Shown here one piece after another: positions 1 to 9,053 of a DNA stretch of 64,000 bases (its first letter is position 1; every line of letters begins with the position of its first letter). The stretch spans positions 1 through 64,000 of the forward strand of contig BTUM01000017.1 of assembly GCA_045863235.1 (NCBI GenBank), given 5' to 3'. Source of the DNA: Candidatus Xenobia bacterium (GTDB lineage: Bacteria; Vulcanimicrobiota; Xenobia; Xenobiales; QWHO01). The position numbers were made by a program, and so were the translations under genes. The notes below the pieces were generated by a model. That model saw nothing but the letters and a program-made list of their open reading frames with translations. It had not been told where the DNA came from and ran no database searches.

Positions 1-37
1 CACAGATCTTGGGTTAAAAGTTGAGGATCCTGGCCTT

Positions 38-391
38 TTAGGCTGAGCGGGAATAGTCTATTAAGTTGATCGGATTATTCCCCGAGTACACATATTCGTT
101 TAGAGAAATGATTGGATCTCGGCTCAAGAACCGTCCCAAACTGGGGTCGTAGTATCTCTGCCGGAGATAATACAGCCCCGTCTGCGCCACCTCGTCCTTG
201 TAGCCAAGCCCGCCCACCCAGCGCTGGTCGGTCGAGGCGCCATTCTCGTCCACGAGGATCGAGTTGCCAAACTCATCCGCATCGTAGCTGGCCACCACGT
301 CCCCGTCCTCGTCCACCACCAGGCGCACCGAGGACAAGCCGTCCGTGATGAAGTAGAAACTTTCTTCCCTTGCAGATCGGCAGTACGGCAC
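38..391 (-). pseudogene. Orphan RHS repeat-associated core fragment, apparently frameshifted at the DxxGL cleavage motif
   Basis: FYFITDGLSSVRLVVD...TGLYYLRQRYYDPSLGRFLSRDPI...YVYSGNNPINLID is a classic RHS core. It ends DYSRSA* instead of DxSGL plus toxin. There is no N-terminal YD-repeat region. Confidence 0.85.
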
Positions 392-396
392 TTTGG

Positions 397-957
397 CTAA
401 TTCTCGAAGAAGTGCTCGCGTTCCCGGTCAGGCCAGATCAGTGGCAGGCGCGGCCGCGCGAAGACGTCCTCGAGCTTGAGCGCGCTCTGGCGCAGCCGGC
501 GTGGCGTGAGGTTGGCTTTGAGTTTCGCGCGTCGCCCGAGCGCGCGCAGGCGCACCTGCACGGCCTGGACACCCAGGCGACCGCCGCCCACGCACCCGAG
601 CATGAGCGCCTGGCCGCTCGCGGGGCGGGCCAACTGCTGGCGCAGATAGGTCGCCAGGGCCCGGGCCGCGTCCTGGTCGAGCGTCAGCCAGCCCCCGTCA
701 GCTCGCCGCAGACGGGCACCCTGGACGTGCTCGAGGTCGCGCGCAAAGGGGAGCTCGCCGGTCGTCAGCTGGTGCAGCAGCTCGCAGCTCAAACAGCACC
801 GCAAAGGGTCCCGTTGGCCCGAGGCGGACTCGCGGTCCAGGCACCGACGAACGGCCGCCAAGTCGGCCGCGGCCAGAAGGCGGCGGGCCACCCTGCGGCC
901 GAAGGCCGCGGGTCCCCGGGATGGCACGCTTTTTCCCAGGATGGGCGGCAAAATCAT
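397..957 (-). pseudogene. Degenerate XerC/XerD-like tyrosine recombinase (catalytic residues lost)
   Basis: The pattern RD..ELL..GEL..DL..V, A..AL..YL...R, AL.L...G.RL...V..RLR.LGRRA.L...LTPRRLRQSA matches the phage-integrase catalytic domain. HxxR reads RRLR and the C-terminal Tyr box is absent. Confidence 0.6.
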
Positions 958-1092
958 GGAGTGGATGGAGGCAGCGGCCGAGAGCCGCGGCCCGGCGGGG
1001 CCGGCCCGCGGGTCTCGGCCGCTACTTGGATAGACTGGACGGTTCCCGCGCGCCACCGGCGCGCGCCACCTGGCTGAGCACGATTTTGCGCT

Positions 1093-1138
1093 GCCTCTTC
1101 GCCTCTTCGCCTCTTCGCCTCTTGCCTCTTCTCTCTTC
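1093..1138 (+). repeat. Tandem 8-mer repeat (GCCTCTTC)n, about 5 copies, the later ones degenerate
   Basis: gcctcttc gcctcttc gcctcttc gcctctt gcctcttc tctcttc read directly from the sequence. Confidence 0.9.
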
Positions 1139-1156
1139 TGCCTTGATCCCGGGTGC

Positions 1157-1237
1157 ATGAGAAGGGGCTGCTCACTGCTCGCCGTCGTCGGCGCTTGCGC
1201 CTTGGCCCTTGGCCTTGCCTTGCGCCGGCGACCGTGA
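1157..1237 (+). CDS. Possible 26-aa hydrophobic peptide MRRGCSLLAVVGACALALGLALRRRP
   Basis: Manual translation, ATG 1157 to TGA 1237. It has one TM-like segment with basic ends. There is no clear RBS. Confidence 0.25.
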   Translation: MRRGCSLLAVVGACALALGLALRRRP

Positions 1238-1273
1238 GCAGCCCGGAACCTCGGAGGGGACCGGAAGAGAAGC

Positions 1274-1299
1274 GGGGGCCGTCGAATCCGACGGCCCCC
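1274..1299. other. Perfect 11-bp GC hairpin (possible terminator or structured element)
   Basis: gggggccgtcg-aatc-cgacggccccc. Confidence 0.6.
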
Positions 1300-1455
1300 T
1301 CGATCGGTCAGAGCATCGAGCTCGGTCCTTGAGCGCGCCGTGATCGGATTTGCATCGGATAGGCGCGCGCCACCTGTTGTGGGCCCCGAGATTTAGTCAG
1401 CGGCCCCCTTCTGCCGATCCTTAGATGGTGAGGCGGTTAGTAGCCTTTGCTAGCT

Positions 1456-1995
1456 TCATCGGGACGATTGCGCTTTCGGTTCCCTCTGTTCCAAAACGAA
1501 TTCGATCAGTGATTGCTCCCTAGAGTCGGTAACAACTGTCGACGTCTCGACAACCAAGTTGTACGCAGGATAGTAGTACGTAACCACGTCCGAGTTTCTT
1601 CCGGTTCCGGTTTCAGACCGGGCCGGATCCCCGGCAAACAATCTGAAGTCCTCGAAGGATGTGCCATAGCCGAATGCGTGTCCCTGCAGGGAGAATGTAG
1701 TCCCACGGATCTTCCTCACGGTACCGTCTGTATTGAACCAAACAAACGGTCCTTGATTTGGAGAGTCATGCCATACAGCGTGCTCTCGATAATGGAAGCC
1801 CCCATCCTTGTCTAAGGGAAAGGGATGACGAGAAGAGCTCTGTTGAACCAGGTCCACATCGCCCTTGTTCATTGTCAACGAAAGTCCATCGATTGCTGCA
1901 ACTGACGCTTCTTGCGCGAAGCACAAATGCGTCAACAGGGCAAATACTGATAGAGTCAATAATATGCTGCGAAAGGGTCCTACTTTGGTAACCAC
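1456..1995 (-). CDS. Putative exported immunity protein for the upstream RHS toxin
   Basis: It overlaps the RHS toxin stop, has lower GC and carries a Sec-type signal peptide (ILLTLSVFALLTHLCFA|QE). Confidence 0.6.
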   Translation of the reverse strand: MVTKVGPFRSILLTLSVFALLTHLCFAQEASVAAIDGLSLTMNKGDVDLVQQSSSRHPFPLDKDGGFHYREHAVWHDSPNQGPFVWFNTDGTVRKIRGTTFSLQGHAFGYGTSFEDFRLFAGDPARSETGTGRNSDVVTYYYPAYNLVVETSTVVTDSREQSLIEFVLEQREPKAQSSR

Positions 1996-3032
1996 GATAC
2001 TGAAGCAAGTCCTCCCTGCGAGCCTGTGAAGCCCAGAATGTATGGCTTTCCACCAAACGTAAAGTTGATCCCACCTAGAGGATAAGTCGCGTCGGTTCCA
2101 GACGGGATATCGTTGCCACGTACCAATTTTAGATTGGCCGGACGGTTCAGGCAGTTGTAAAATTCGTTCTCCGCTTGAGATGCCGGCGGATGTGCGTCAT
2201 TCCAGGGCCTACTGTCTGTTCCCTCGACGAGTTCGTGCATCATGACGCCCGCAGCGAGATCCATTCCGACATCCGGAATCGCTTCCAGCGAAGCAAAGTC
2301 ATACGGATCGATCTCATGCAGAGGTCCACCACCTGGGTGCCAGCCGAAATGCACACTCCCGCTACGTGGACTCAGTTTATAGAAGACGTCAGCTCCAGAA
2401 GTAAGCTCCTGCAACTTACTACCCAACTTGTTGCCGCAGGGACTAGTGCGCTCAGCCTCATCCCCAATGATGAGCTTGTCGCTATCATTTGGATCCCAGC
2501 CAATGGAGTTCAGTCCTGAGTAAGCGCGCAACAGCCTCACTAACTCGGTCTTGGCGTCTGAGCTTCCGTAGAAAAACGCAGCTAAGCCGCTCGGATCGAC
2601 TCTGTTAATAGGATTATTGCGAGCGTAGACATACCGATTTAGTCCACCCCGGAACCCAATGGGATCGCGGCTTATGAAGCGCCCCAATGTAGGATCATAG
2701 AAGCGCTGTCGGACGTAATAGAGCCCTGTCTGGCCAACTTCATCTTTCAAGCCCAAGCCACCAAGCCATTTTTGGTCACTGACGGTTGGATCGCTCCCAC
2801 CCGGAGTGAACGGATTCCCAAATTCATCCGCGTCGTACTCGGCCGCCACATCCCCGGCCTCATCCACGACCAACCTGACGGACCCTGTTCCGTCCGTGAT
2901 GAAGTAGAAAAAGTCGCCTGTGGCTTCTGGGGCCCCCAGGCCTGGTGACCTGACTTTGCTAGCGCTACCTGCCTGCAAGTTCCTGCAATCTCTCCATTGC
3001 GTCCAGGTCCTCCTGAAACGCTCAGTCTGCAC
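1980..3032 (-). CDS. Orphan RHS core with C-terminal metallopeptidase-like toxin domain (true start uncertain; homology begins near 2912)
   Basis: The RHS core ends NPINRVDPSGL. It is followed by a variable C-terminal domain containing MMHELVE...AHPPA..AEN...R. Confidence 0.85.
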   Translation of the reverse strand: MQTERFRRTWTQWRDCRNLQAGSASKVRSPGLGAPEATGDFFYFITDGTGSVRLVVDEAGDVAAEYDADEFGNPFTPGGSDPTVSDQKWLGGLGLKDEVGQTGLYYVRQRFYDPTLGRFISRDPIGFRGGLNRYVYARNNPINRVDPSGLAAFFYGSSDAKTELVRLLRAYSGLNSIGWDPNDSDKLIIGDEAERTSPCGNKLGSKLQELTSGADVFYKLSPRSGSVHFGWHPGGGPLHEIDPYDFASLEAIPDVGMDLAAGVMMHELVEGTDSRPWNDAHPPASQAENEFYNCLNRPANLKLVRGNDIPSGTDATYPLGGINFTFGGKPYILGFTGSQGGLASVSWLPK

Positions 3033-3248
3033 GAGTTTGGGCGACCCCTCAACCTGGTGGAACTGGCCCCTCCACCATCGTAGCGGTAAATCAAGAGAGT
3101 TTCCAGGTCAGGAAAATCTTTGTCGCACCTCTGTCTGTCAGCCGGTTGAGCCAGTCATAATCGTATTCCCAGCGGAGTTACATTCGCGAGGGGCGTGGGG
3201 GCGGCCCAGCTTCCGCTGAACTCTCCGGTGGTGCCCCGCGAGCAAGAG

Positions 3249-3550
3249 ATGGCCACCATCTCCTGGCCCGATGTCAGGGAGTTCATTCAGCCAGTCAGCA
3301 CGGTTCGCAAGTGGGATTACGGCATCGCCGAGTTTCCGTGCTGGGTGGTTGCCGTTGTCAATGGGTTTGAGATCGTCTACTGCCCGTACGGCCATCACCG
3401 CGACTGGGCGATCCCTGGATCGGGATGGACGGTGCCTGGAACCTGACCCTGGCAGAGGCTTTCCACCGATACCTGGTCGACTGCCCCGACCCGCCCGACT
3501 TTTTGGCCTGGGTCGAGCGGCGCTACCAAGAGACTACTTCCACTTCTTGA
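3249..3550 (+). pseudogene. Frameshifted conserved hypothetical protein (WDYG..PCW..GMD..W family)
   Basis: Frame 1 gives ...KWDYGIAEFPCWVV...YCPYG..W. From about 3413 the -1 frame gives PWIGMDGAWNLTLAEAF... to TGA at 3550. Confidence 0.55.
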
Positions 3551-4475
3551 GCGGGAAGCGCTTGTGGTAGGCCTCGTGGTCGAAGCGCTCCTGGCACAGC
3601 GCCAGGATGGCCTTGACCATCTCCTCGTGGCACACCGGGCAAAACGACGAGCCCTGGCTCGAGCGCATCACGCAGCGAAAGCTCGGGCGCCACACCCCTA
3701 CACTGCGATAAAAGCCGCCCTGGTAGGCGCTGACCAGGGGATAGCTGTCGGGCAGGTCCAGGAAGTGGCCCCACTTGGCGGTGGCCTTCACCGTCTCGCG
3801 GCTCTTGGGATCGATGAACCCCTCCCGGGTCAGATTGGCCTGGCGGAAGTCGCCCGAGGGCATCGTGGTGTCCTCGCGGTCGGCGAGCTTGGAGTCTGAG
3901 TCGTACTCGTCGCCGAGATCGGCCATGCTGTGGCCGAGCTCGTGGGCCAGGGCGCCGAACCGGTCGCGGGTCAGGATGGGGGCGGGAAGAACGCGGCGGC
4001 CATCTGCCAGCTTGCCTCCCGTGGCCCGGCCGCTGAGGGTGGTCAAGGTGACCACGATGTCCACCTCGGGCGCGTTCTTGGCCGCGGTCATCACCTGGTC
4101 GCGCCGCTCCAGCCGAACCATGTCGCGGCTGACCACCGCGGAGCCGAAGGCGAAGAGGTCCGGGCTCTGGTTTTGCACCCGTCGGCTGGTATGCGACTCG
4201 ACCGGGATGAGGTGCACGTTGAAGCGGTCCTTGTAGTCGCCGAAGGGGGAAACTTCCCACAACATGCGCAGCATGCCCCGGGCGTCCTTCTCGAAGGCGC
4301 CGCCACGATTCAGCTCCGAGCCTGAGTAGCCGTCGCCCACGATCACCAGGTCGATCTTGCTCGGGCTGGGACCCGAGCTCTGGATGGTGTTGCAGCGAAG
4401 ACCCGTATAGCGGAATTCGGGGGCGGACAACACAGGCGCCAGCAGGAGCAAAGCCAGGACCAGGACCCGAATCAT
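3534..4475 (-). CDS. M64 family (IgA peptidase-like) metallopeptidase, exported
   Basis: Signal peptide; KIDLVIVGDGY; HELGHSMADLGDEY; YQGG...VWRPSFRCVMR...FCPVC. ATGA overlap with the thiolase stop. Confidence 0.9.
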   Translation of the reverse strand: MIRVLVLALLLLAPVLSAPEFRYTGLRCNTIQSSGPSPSKIDLVIVGDGYSGSELNRGGAFEKDARGMLRMLWEVSPFGDYKDRFNVHLIPVESHTSRRVQNQSPDLFAFGSAVVSRDMVRLERRDQVMTAAKNAPEVDIVVTLTTLSGRATGGKLADGRRVLPAPILTRDRFGALAHELGHSMADLGDEYDSDSKLADREDTTMPSGDFRQANLTREGFIDPKSRETVKATAKWGHFLDLPDSYPLVSAYQGGFYRSVGVWRPSFRCVMRSSQGSSFCPVCHEEMVKAILALCQERFDHEAYHKRFPLKKWK

Positions 4476-5608
4476 CGGCGCAAGCCCAGGGCCATCCCCA
4501 ACCCGCCCGAGACACACAGCGTGGCCAGGCCGCTGGAGGCGCCCCGGCGGATCATTTCGTGCAAGAGCGTGACCACCACCCGGTTGCCCGAGCAGCCGAT
4601 GGGATGGCCCAGCGCAATGGATCCACCGTTCACGTTCAAGCGCTCGGGATCGACCTTCAGCTCGCGCTGGCAGGCCAGCACCTGGGCCGCGAAGGCCTCG
4701 TTGATCTCGACCAGGTCGAAGTCCTCGAGCTTGCCGCCAAAGCGCTCGAGGTAGCGGTGCACGGCCGGCACCGGGCCCAGGCCCATGCGCTCGGGCTCGA
4801 GGGCCACGGTCGCGGCCCCGGCGAAGCGAGCGAGCGGCCCGGGGCCGGGCTCGGCCGAGAGCACCAGGGCCGAAGCCCCATCCGTGATGCCCGAGGAGTT
4901 TCCGGCCGTCAGCGTGCCGTCCTTGGCAAACACAGGAGAAAGTTTGGTCAGCGAGGCCAGGGTGGTGCCGGCCCGGGGATGCTCGTCGTGGTCGAGGGCC
5001 TCCAGGGTGATCCGCTCAGAGGCAAAGCGGCCCGCCTTCTCGGCCTCCTCGGCCCGGTTCTGGCTACGCAGCGCAAACTCGTCCTGCTCGGCGCGCGAGA
5101 TGCCGAGTTCGCCCGCCAGGGCCTCGACCGTCTCGCCCATGATCTTGTTGGCCAGCGGGCAAAACAGGCCATCTTGGTACATTGCGTCCACCAGCTTGCG
5201 GTGGCCCATCTTCTGGCCGAAGCGCACCTCGTCGAGCAGGTAGGGCACGCGGGACATGTTCTCAGCCCCGGCGGCCACCACGAAGCGGCACTCACCCGAG
5301 CGGATCTTGTCGGCCGCCTGGGCGATGGAGGCCATGCCGGAGGCGCAGGCCTGGTTGATGGTGTAAGCCGGGGTGGTCAGGGGCAGGCCAGCGCGCACGG
5401 CCACCTGGCGAGCGGGATTGGGACCATTGCCCGCCTGGCGGGCCAGGCCCAGGATCAGGCAATCCACCTCGGTGGGCGCGATGCCAGCCTCGGCGATGGC
5501 CGCTTTGACGGCCGCAACGGCAAGCTCGACGGCGGTGACTTTGGCCAGGGCACCTCCGAACTTCCCGATGGGAGTGCGTTTGGCTGACAGGATAAAAACG
5601 TCTTGCAT
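4472..5608 (-). CDS. atoB: Acetyl-CoA C-acetyltransferase (thiolase)
   Basis: [46 protein letters not shown]. Confidence 0.95.
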   Translation of the reverse strand: MQDVFILSAKRTPIGKFGGALAKVTAVELAVAAVKAAIAEAGIAPTEVDCLILGLARQAGNGPNPARQVAVRAGLPLTTPAYTINQACASGMASIAQAADKIRSGECRFVVAAGAENMSRVPYLLDEVRFGQKMGHRKLVDAMYQDGLFCPLANKIMGETVEALAGELGISRAEQDEFALRSQNRAEEAEKAGRFASERITLEALDHDEHPRAGTTLASLTKLSPVFAKDGTLTAGNSSGITDGASALVLSAEPGPGPLARFAGAATVALEPERMGLGPVPAVHRYLERFGGKLEDFDLVEINEAFAAQVLACQRELKVDPERLNVNGGSIALGHPIGCSGNRVVVTLLHEMIRRGASSGLATLCVSGGLGMALGLRR

Positions 5609-5669
5609 AGCGCCCGGCAGCTTCTGCGCTCAAAGGGAGAGCCCTGCCCGGTGTGGAATCGGCGGCGCT

Positions 5670-6125
5670 ATGACAGACACCCCCGGCCATCCCATGAACA
5701 TTCGCGAGATCCTCGACTGCTTACCGCACCGGTATCCCTTTTTGCTCGTCGACCGTATCGACGAGGTGGTGCCGATGGAAACGGCCCGGGGCTCCAAGCT
5801 GCTGACGATCAACGAGGAGTTCTTCCAGGGCCACTTCCCCGACGATCCCCAGATGCCGGTGGGCCTCTTGATCGAGAGCATGGCCCAGGTGGGCTGCACG
5901 GTGGTCATGTCCACTCCGCAGGGCCGGGGCAAGAACATCCTGTTTGCGGCCGTGGACAACTGCCAGTTCGGACGACCCGCGCGGCCGGGCGATCACCTCG
6001 ACATCCGGGCTCGCATGACCAACTTCCGGGGTGACAAAGGCAAAATCGCGGTCAGCTGCCAGGTCGGCGAGGAGATCCTGGTCTCGGCCGAGATGATGTT
6101 TGCCCTGACCGACCCGGCCGCCTGA
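5670..6125 (+). CDS. fabZ: 3-hydroxyacyl-ACP dehydratase
   Basis: LPHRYPFLLVDRI, NEEFFQGHFP..P.MP..L.IESMAQ. Confidence 0.9.
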   Translation: MTDTPGHPMNIREILDCLPHRYPFLLVDRIDEVVPMETARGSKLLTINEEFFQGHFPDDPQMPVGLLIESMAQVGCTVVMSTPQGRGKNILFAAVDNCQFGRPARPGDHLDIRARMTNFRGDKGKIAVSCQVGEEILVSAEMMFALTDPAA

Positions 6126-6136
6126 TTTCGGGCGCT

Positions 6137-6946
6137 TCAAGCGGTTGAGAAGACCCGTGCCTCCCCGTCCTCGATGAGGGCCCAGAATAGCCGTCCCTGG
6201 CATTCGCCCCGGTAGGGCCGTCCCCGCCGGTCCAGGCCGATGGCCCCGAAGTGGCGGTCGCGCTGGCGGCAATCGGCGAAGACCTGCTCGAAGCAGCGCT
6301 CCAGACCGCCGCAGACCAGACGGGCCGCCAGCGCCTCGTGCACGATCTCCTCGCCCAGGCCGGTGCAGCTGACCGCTCCCTCTGAGTCGGCGTAGTTACC
6401 GGCCACGGTGGCCGAGTCGCTGACCCGCCCCACCGTCTCCTGGCCCCGACCGCCGGTCGAGGTGGCCGCCGCCAGGCGGCCCTGATCGTCCAGGGCGCAG
6501 GCCCCCACCGTGCCCGACTTGTCTGGCGGGCGGACCGTCGCTACCGGCTCGTAATCCGGAAATCCCTGCTCGCGAGCCCAGCCAGTGGCCCCTTCTCCCG
6601 CCAGCACCGTGAAGGTCTCGCCCTGCAATCGCTGGGCCAGCAGAATCGGGTTCTGAACCCGCTCCACGTTGACCACCCCCGAAAACAAGCGAGAGCTCCC
6701 GTCCATCAGGGCCGCGCTCATGCGGACGCGGCCATCGGCCTGCAGCTTGGAGCCGGTGCCGGCGTTGAAGCACGGATCGTCCTCCAGCCAGCGAACCGCT
6801 TCTACCACCGTCTCCAGCGCCGAATGGGACGCCAGAAAGCCCCACGAATGACGCACGCAGTCCAACAGACCCCGGCGCATGCCATCCAGCTTCTCGCCGG
6901 GCAGCTCGCGTTCGGTGAATCCCCCGTGAATGATCAGAGCGCGCAC
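6137..6946 (-). CDS. Isoaspartyl peptidase/L-asparaginase (Ntn hydrolase)
   Basis: IIHGG, LEDDPCFNAGTGS, GTVGACALD, ATSTGG, GRVSDS, SCTGLGE. Inferred GTG start. Confidence 0.93.
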   Translation of the reverse strand: MRALIIHGGFTERELPGEKLDGMRRGLLDCVRHSWGFLASHSALETVVEAVRWLEDDPCFNAGTGSKLQADGRVRMSAALMDGSSRLFSGVVNVERVQNPILLAQRLQGETFTVLAGEGATGWAREQGFPDYEPVATVRPPDKSGTVGACALDDQGRLAAATSTGGRGQETVGRVSDSATVAGNYADSEGAVSCTGLGEEIVHEALAARLVCGGLERCFEQVFADCRQRDRHFGAIGLDRRGRPYRGECQGRLFWALIEDGEARVFSTA

Positions 6947-6992
6947 GGCCCTATACTGCAGGATTTTGACCGGTTCGTCAAAACCTTGACAG

Positions 6993-9053
6993 ATGGCCAT
7001 CGAGAGCGCCCTCGCTTATCCCGAAACGCGTCACGAACCGGTCCGCGAGGTTCTCCACGGACGTGAACTGATCGATCCTTACCGCTGGCTCGAGGAGAGC
7101 GACAGCCCCGAGTCGGTGGCCTGGATGGAGGCCCAGAACCGCCTGACGCGGACCGCCCTGGACGGTTACCCGGGCCGGCCGGCCATCCACAAGCGGTTGG
7201 AAGAGCTGCTCTCCATCGGCTCGCTCAGCACCCCCTCGCCGCGCAAGCAGCGCATCTTCTACTTCCGCCGCCAGGGGACGCAGAACCATTCCGTCCTGTT
7301 CCTGCGCGACGGCGATGGGCCCGAACGGACAGTGCTCGACCCCAACGCCTGGTCGGCCGACGGGACCAGCTCGCTGGACTGGTACTACCCCAGCAAGGAC
7401 GGCCGGCTGATCGCCTACGGCCGCTCCGAGGGGGGCGACGAAAAGAGCACGCTCTCTGTGCTCGAGGTGGACACCGGTCGACTGCTGGAAGACCAGATCC
7501 CCGACACCCGGGCCGCCAGTCTGGCCTGGGAGCCCGACCACAGCGGCTTCTTCTACAGCCGCTATCCGCCCGGCGAGAGCTATGGCCGGCGCATCTACTA
7601 CCATCGTCTGGGCCAGCCCTGGCAGGAGGATCCCCTCATTTACGGCCAGGATCGCGCACCGGAGGACTGGCCTTCAGTCAGTTTATCGCCCGACGGCCGC
7701 TGGCTGGTGGTCTCGATTTCGGTGGGGTGGACCCGCACCGATGTCTACCTCTACGACCGCACCAGCGAACGCTGGACCACTCTGGTGGAGGGCGTGGAGG
7801 CCATCTTCGGAGCCTCGGTGGTGGACGGCGTGCTGCACGTCAACACCAACTTCGAGGCTCCCCGCTATCGATTGATGACGGCCACGGTCGAGTCCCCCGA
7901 GCGCGAGCACTGGCGCGAGCTGATCCCGGAGGCGGAGGGGGTGCTGGAGTGGGTGGGCCGCACCGGCCCTCAGCTGATCGCCCTCTACGCCACCAATGCC
8001 GTGTCCCAGCTCAAGCGCTTCAGCCTCGAGGGTGAGCCGCTGGGAGAGCTCGAGCTACCGGCTATCGGCTCGGTGACGGGGGTCGGACGCGAATGGGATG
8101 GACACGAGGTCTATTACGGCTTTTCCTCCTTCACCTTCCCTCCCCGCATCTACCGCTACGACCTCGACACGGCTACAACCACGCTGTGGGGCCAGGTCGA
8201 AGCAGACATCTCCCCGGAGGACTACCTCGTCGAGCAAGACTGGTACGTGAGCAGGGACGGCACCCGGGTGCCGATGTTCCTGGTCTACCGCCGGGATCTG
8301 GTGCGCGACGGGCAGAACCCCACCCTGCTGAACGGCTATGGCGGCTTCAACGTGGCCATGAATCCCGACTTCTACCGCACCAACTTCCTCTGGCTGGAGG
8401 CCGGCGGAGTCTTCGCCATGGCCAACCTGCGGGGCGGCAGCGAGTTCGGGGAGACCTGGCACCAGGCCGGCATGCTGGCCAACAAGCAGAACGTTTTCGA
8501 CGACTTCGTGGCAGCCGCCGAGCACCTCATCGCTCGCGGTTTCACCAACCCGGCCCGGCTGGCCATCAGCGGAGGCAGTAACGGAGGCCTGCTGGTGGGA
8601 GCGGCCCTGACCCAGCGGCCCGACCTCTTCCAGGCGGTCGTCTGCTCGGTGCCGCTCTTGGACATGCTGCGCTATCACCACTTCCGCCTGGCCCGTCTCT
8701 GGATCCCCGAGTACGGCTCGGCCGACGATCCCGAGCAGTTCGAATGGCTCCACGCCTACTCTCCCTATCACCGGGTCCAGGACGGCGTGGAGTACCCGGC
8801 CGTCTTGCTGACGACGGGAGTGGAGGACAGCCGGGTCGATCCCCTGCACGCTCGCAAGATGGCTGCCCGGCTCCAGCAAGCCAGTGGCTCGTCTCGGCCG
8901 GTACTCTTGCGGGTGGAAATGCGCGCCGGACACGGAGCTGGCAAACCTTTGTCGAAGATCCTCGAAGAGAGCACGGACAAATTCACGTTCCTCTTCTGGC
9001 AACTCGGAATCCGTGAGGGAGGTCCGCTTGGCGATCGACAGGGAAAAGGATAA
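6993..9053 (+). CDS. Prolyl oligopeptidase (S9A)
   Basis: DPYRWLE, GYGGFN, NLRGGSEFG, GGSNGGLL, DSRVDP.H, AGHG catalytic triad motifs. Confidence 0.96.
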   Translation: MAIESALAYPETRHEPVREVLHGRELIDPYRWLEESDSPESVAWMEAQNRLTRTALDGYPGRPAIHKRLEELLSIGSLSTPSPRKQRIFYFRRQGTQNHSVLFLRDGDGPERTVLDPNAWSADGTSSLDWYYPSKDGRLIAYGRSEGGDEKSTLSVLEVDTGRLLEDQIPDTRAASLAWEPDHSGFFYSRYPPGESYGRRIYYHRLGQPWQEDPLIYGQDRAPEDWPSVSLSPDGRWLVVSISVGWTRTDVYLYDRTSERWTTLVEGVEAIFGASVVDGVLHVNTNFEAPRYRLMTATVESPEREHWRELIPEAEGVLEWVGRTGPQLIALYATNAVSQLKRFSLEGEPLGELELPAIGSVTGVGREWDGHEVYYGFSSFTFPPRIYRYDLDTATTTLWGQVEADISPEDYLVEQDWYVSRDGTRVPMFLVYRRDLVRDGQNPTLLNGYGGFNVAMNPDFYRTNFLWLEAGGVFAMANLRGGSEFGETWHQAGMLANKQNVFDDFVAAAEHLIARGFTNPARLAISGGSNGGLLVGAALTQRPDLFQAVVCSVPLLDMLRYHHFRLARLWIPEYGSADDPEQFEWLHAYSPYHRVQDGVEYPAVLLTTGVEDSRVDPLHARKMAARLQQASGSSRPVLLRVEMRAGHGAGKPLSKILEESTDKFTFLFWQLGIREGGPLGDRQGKG

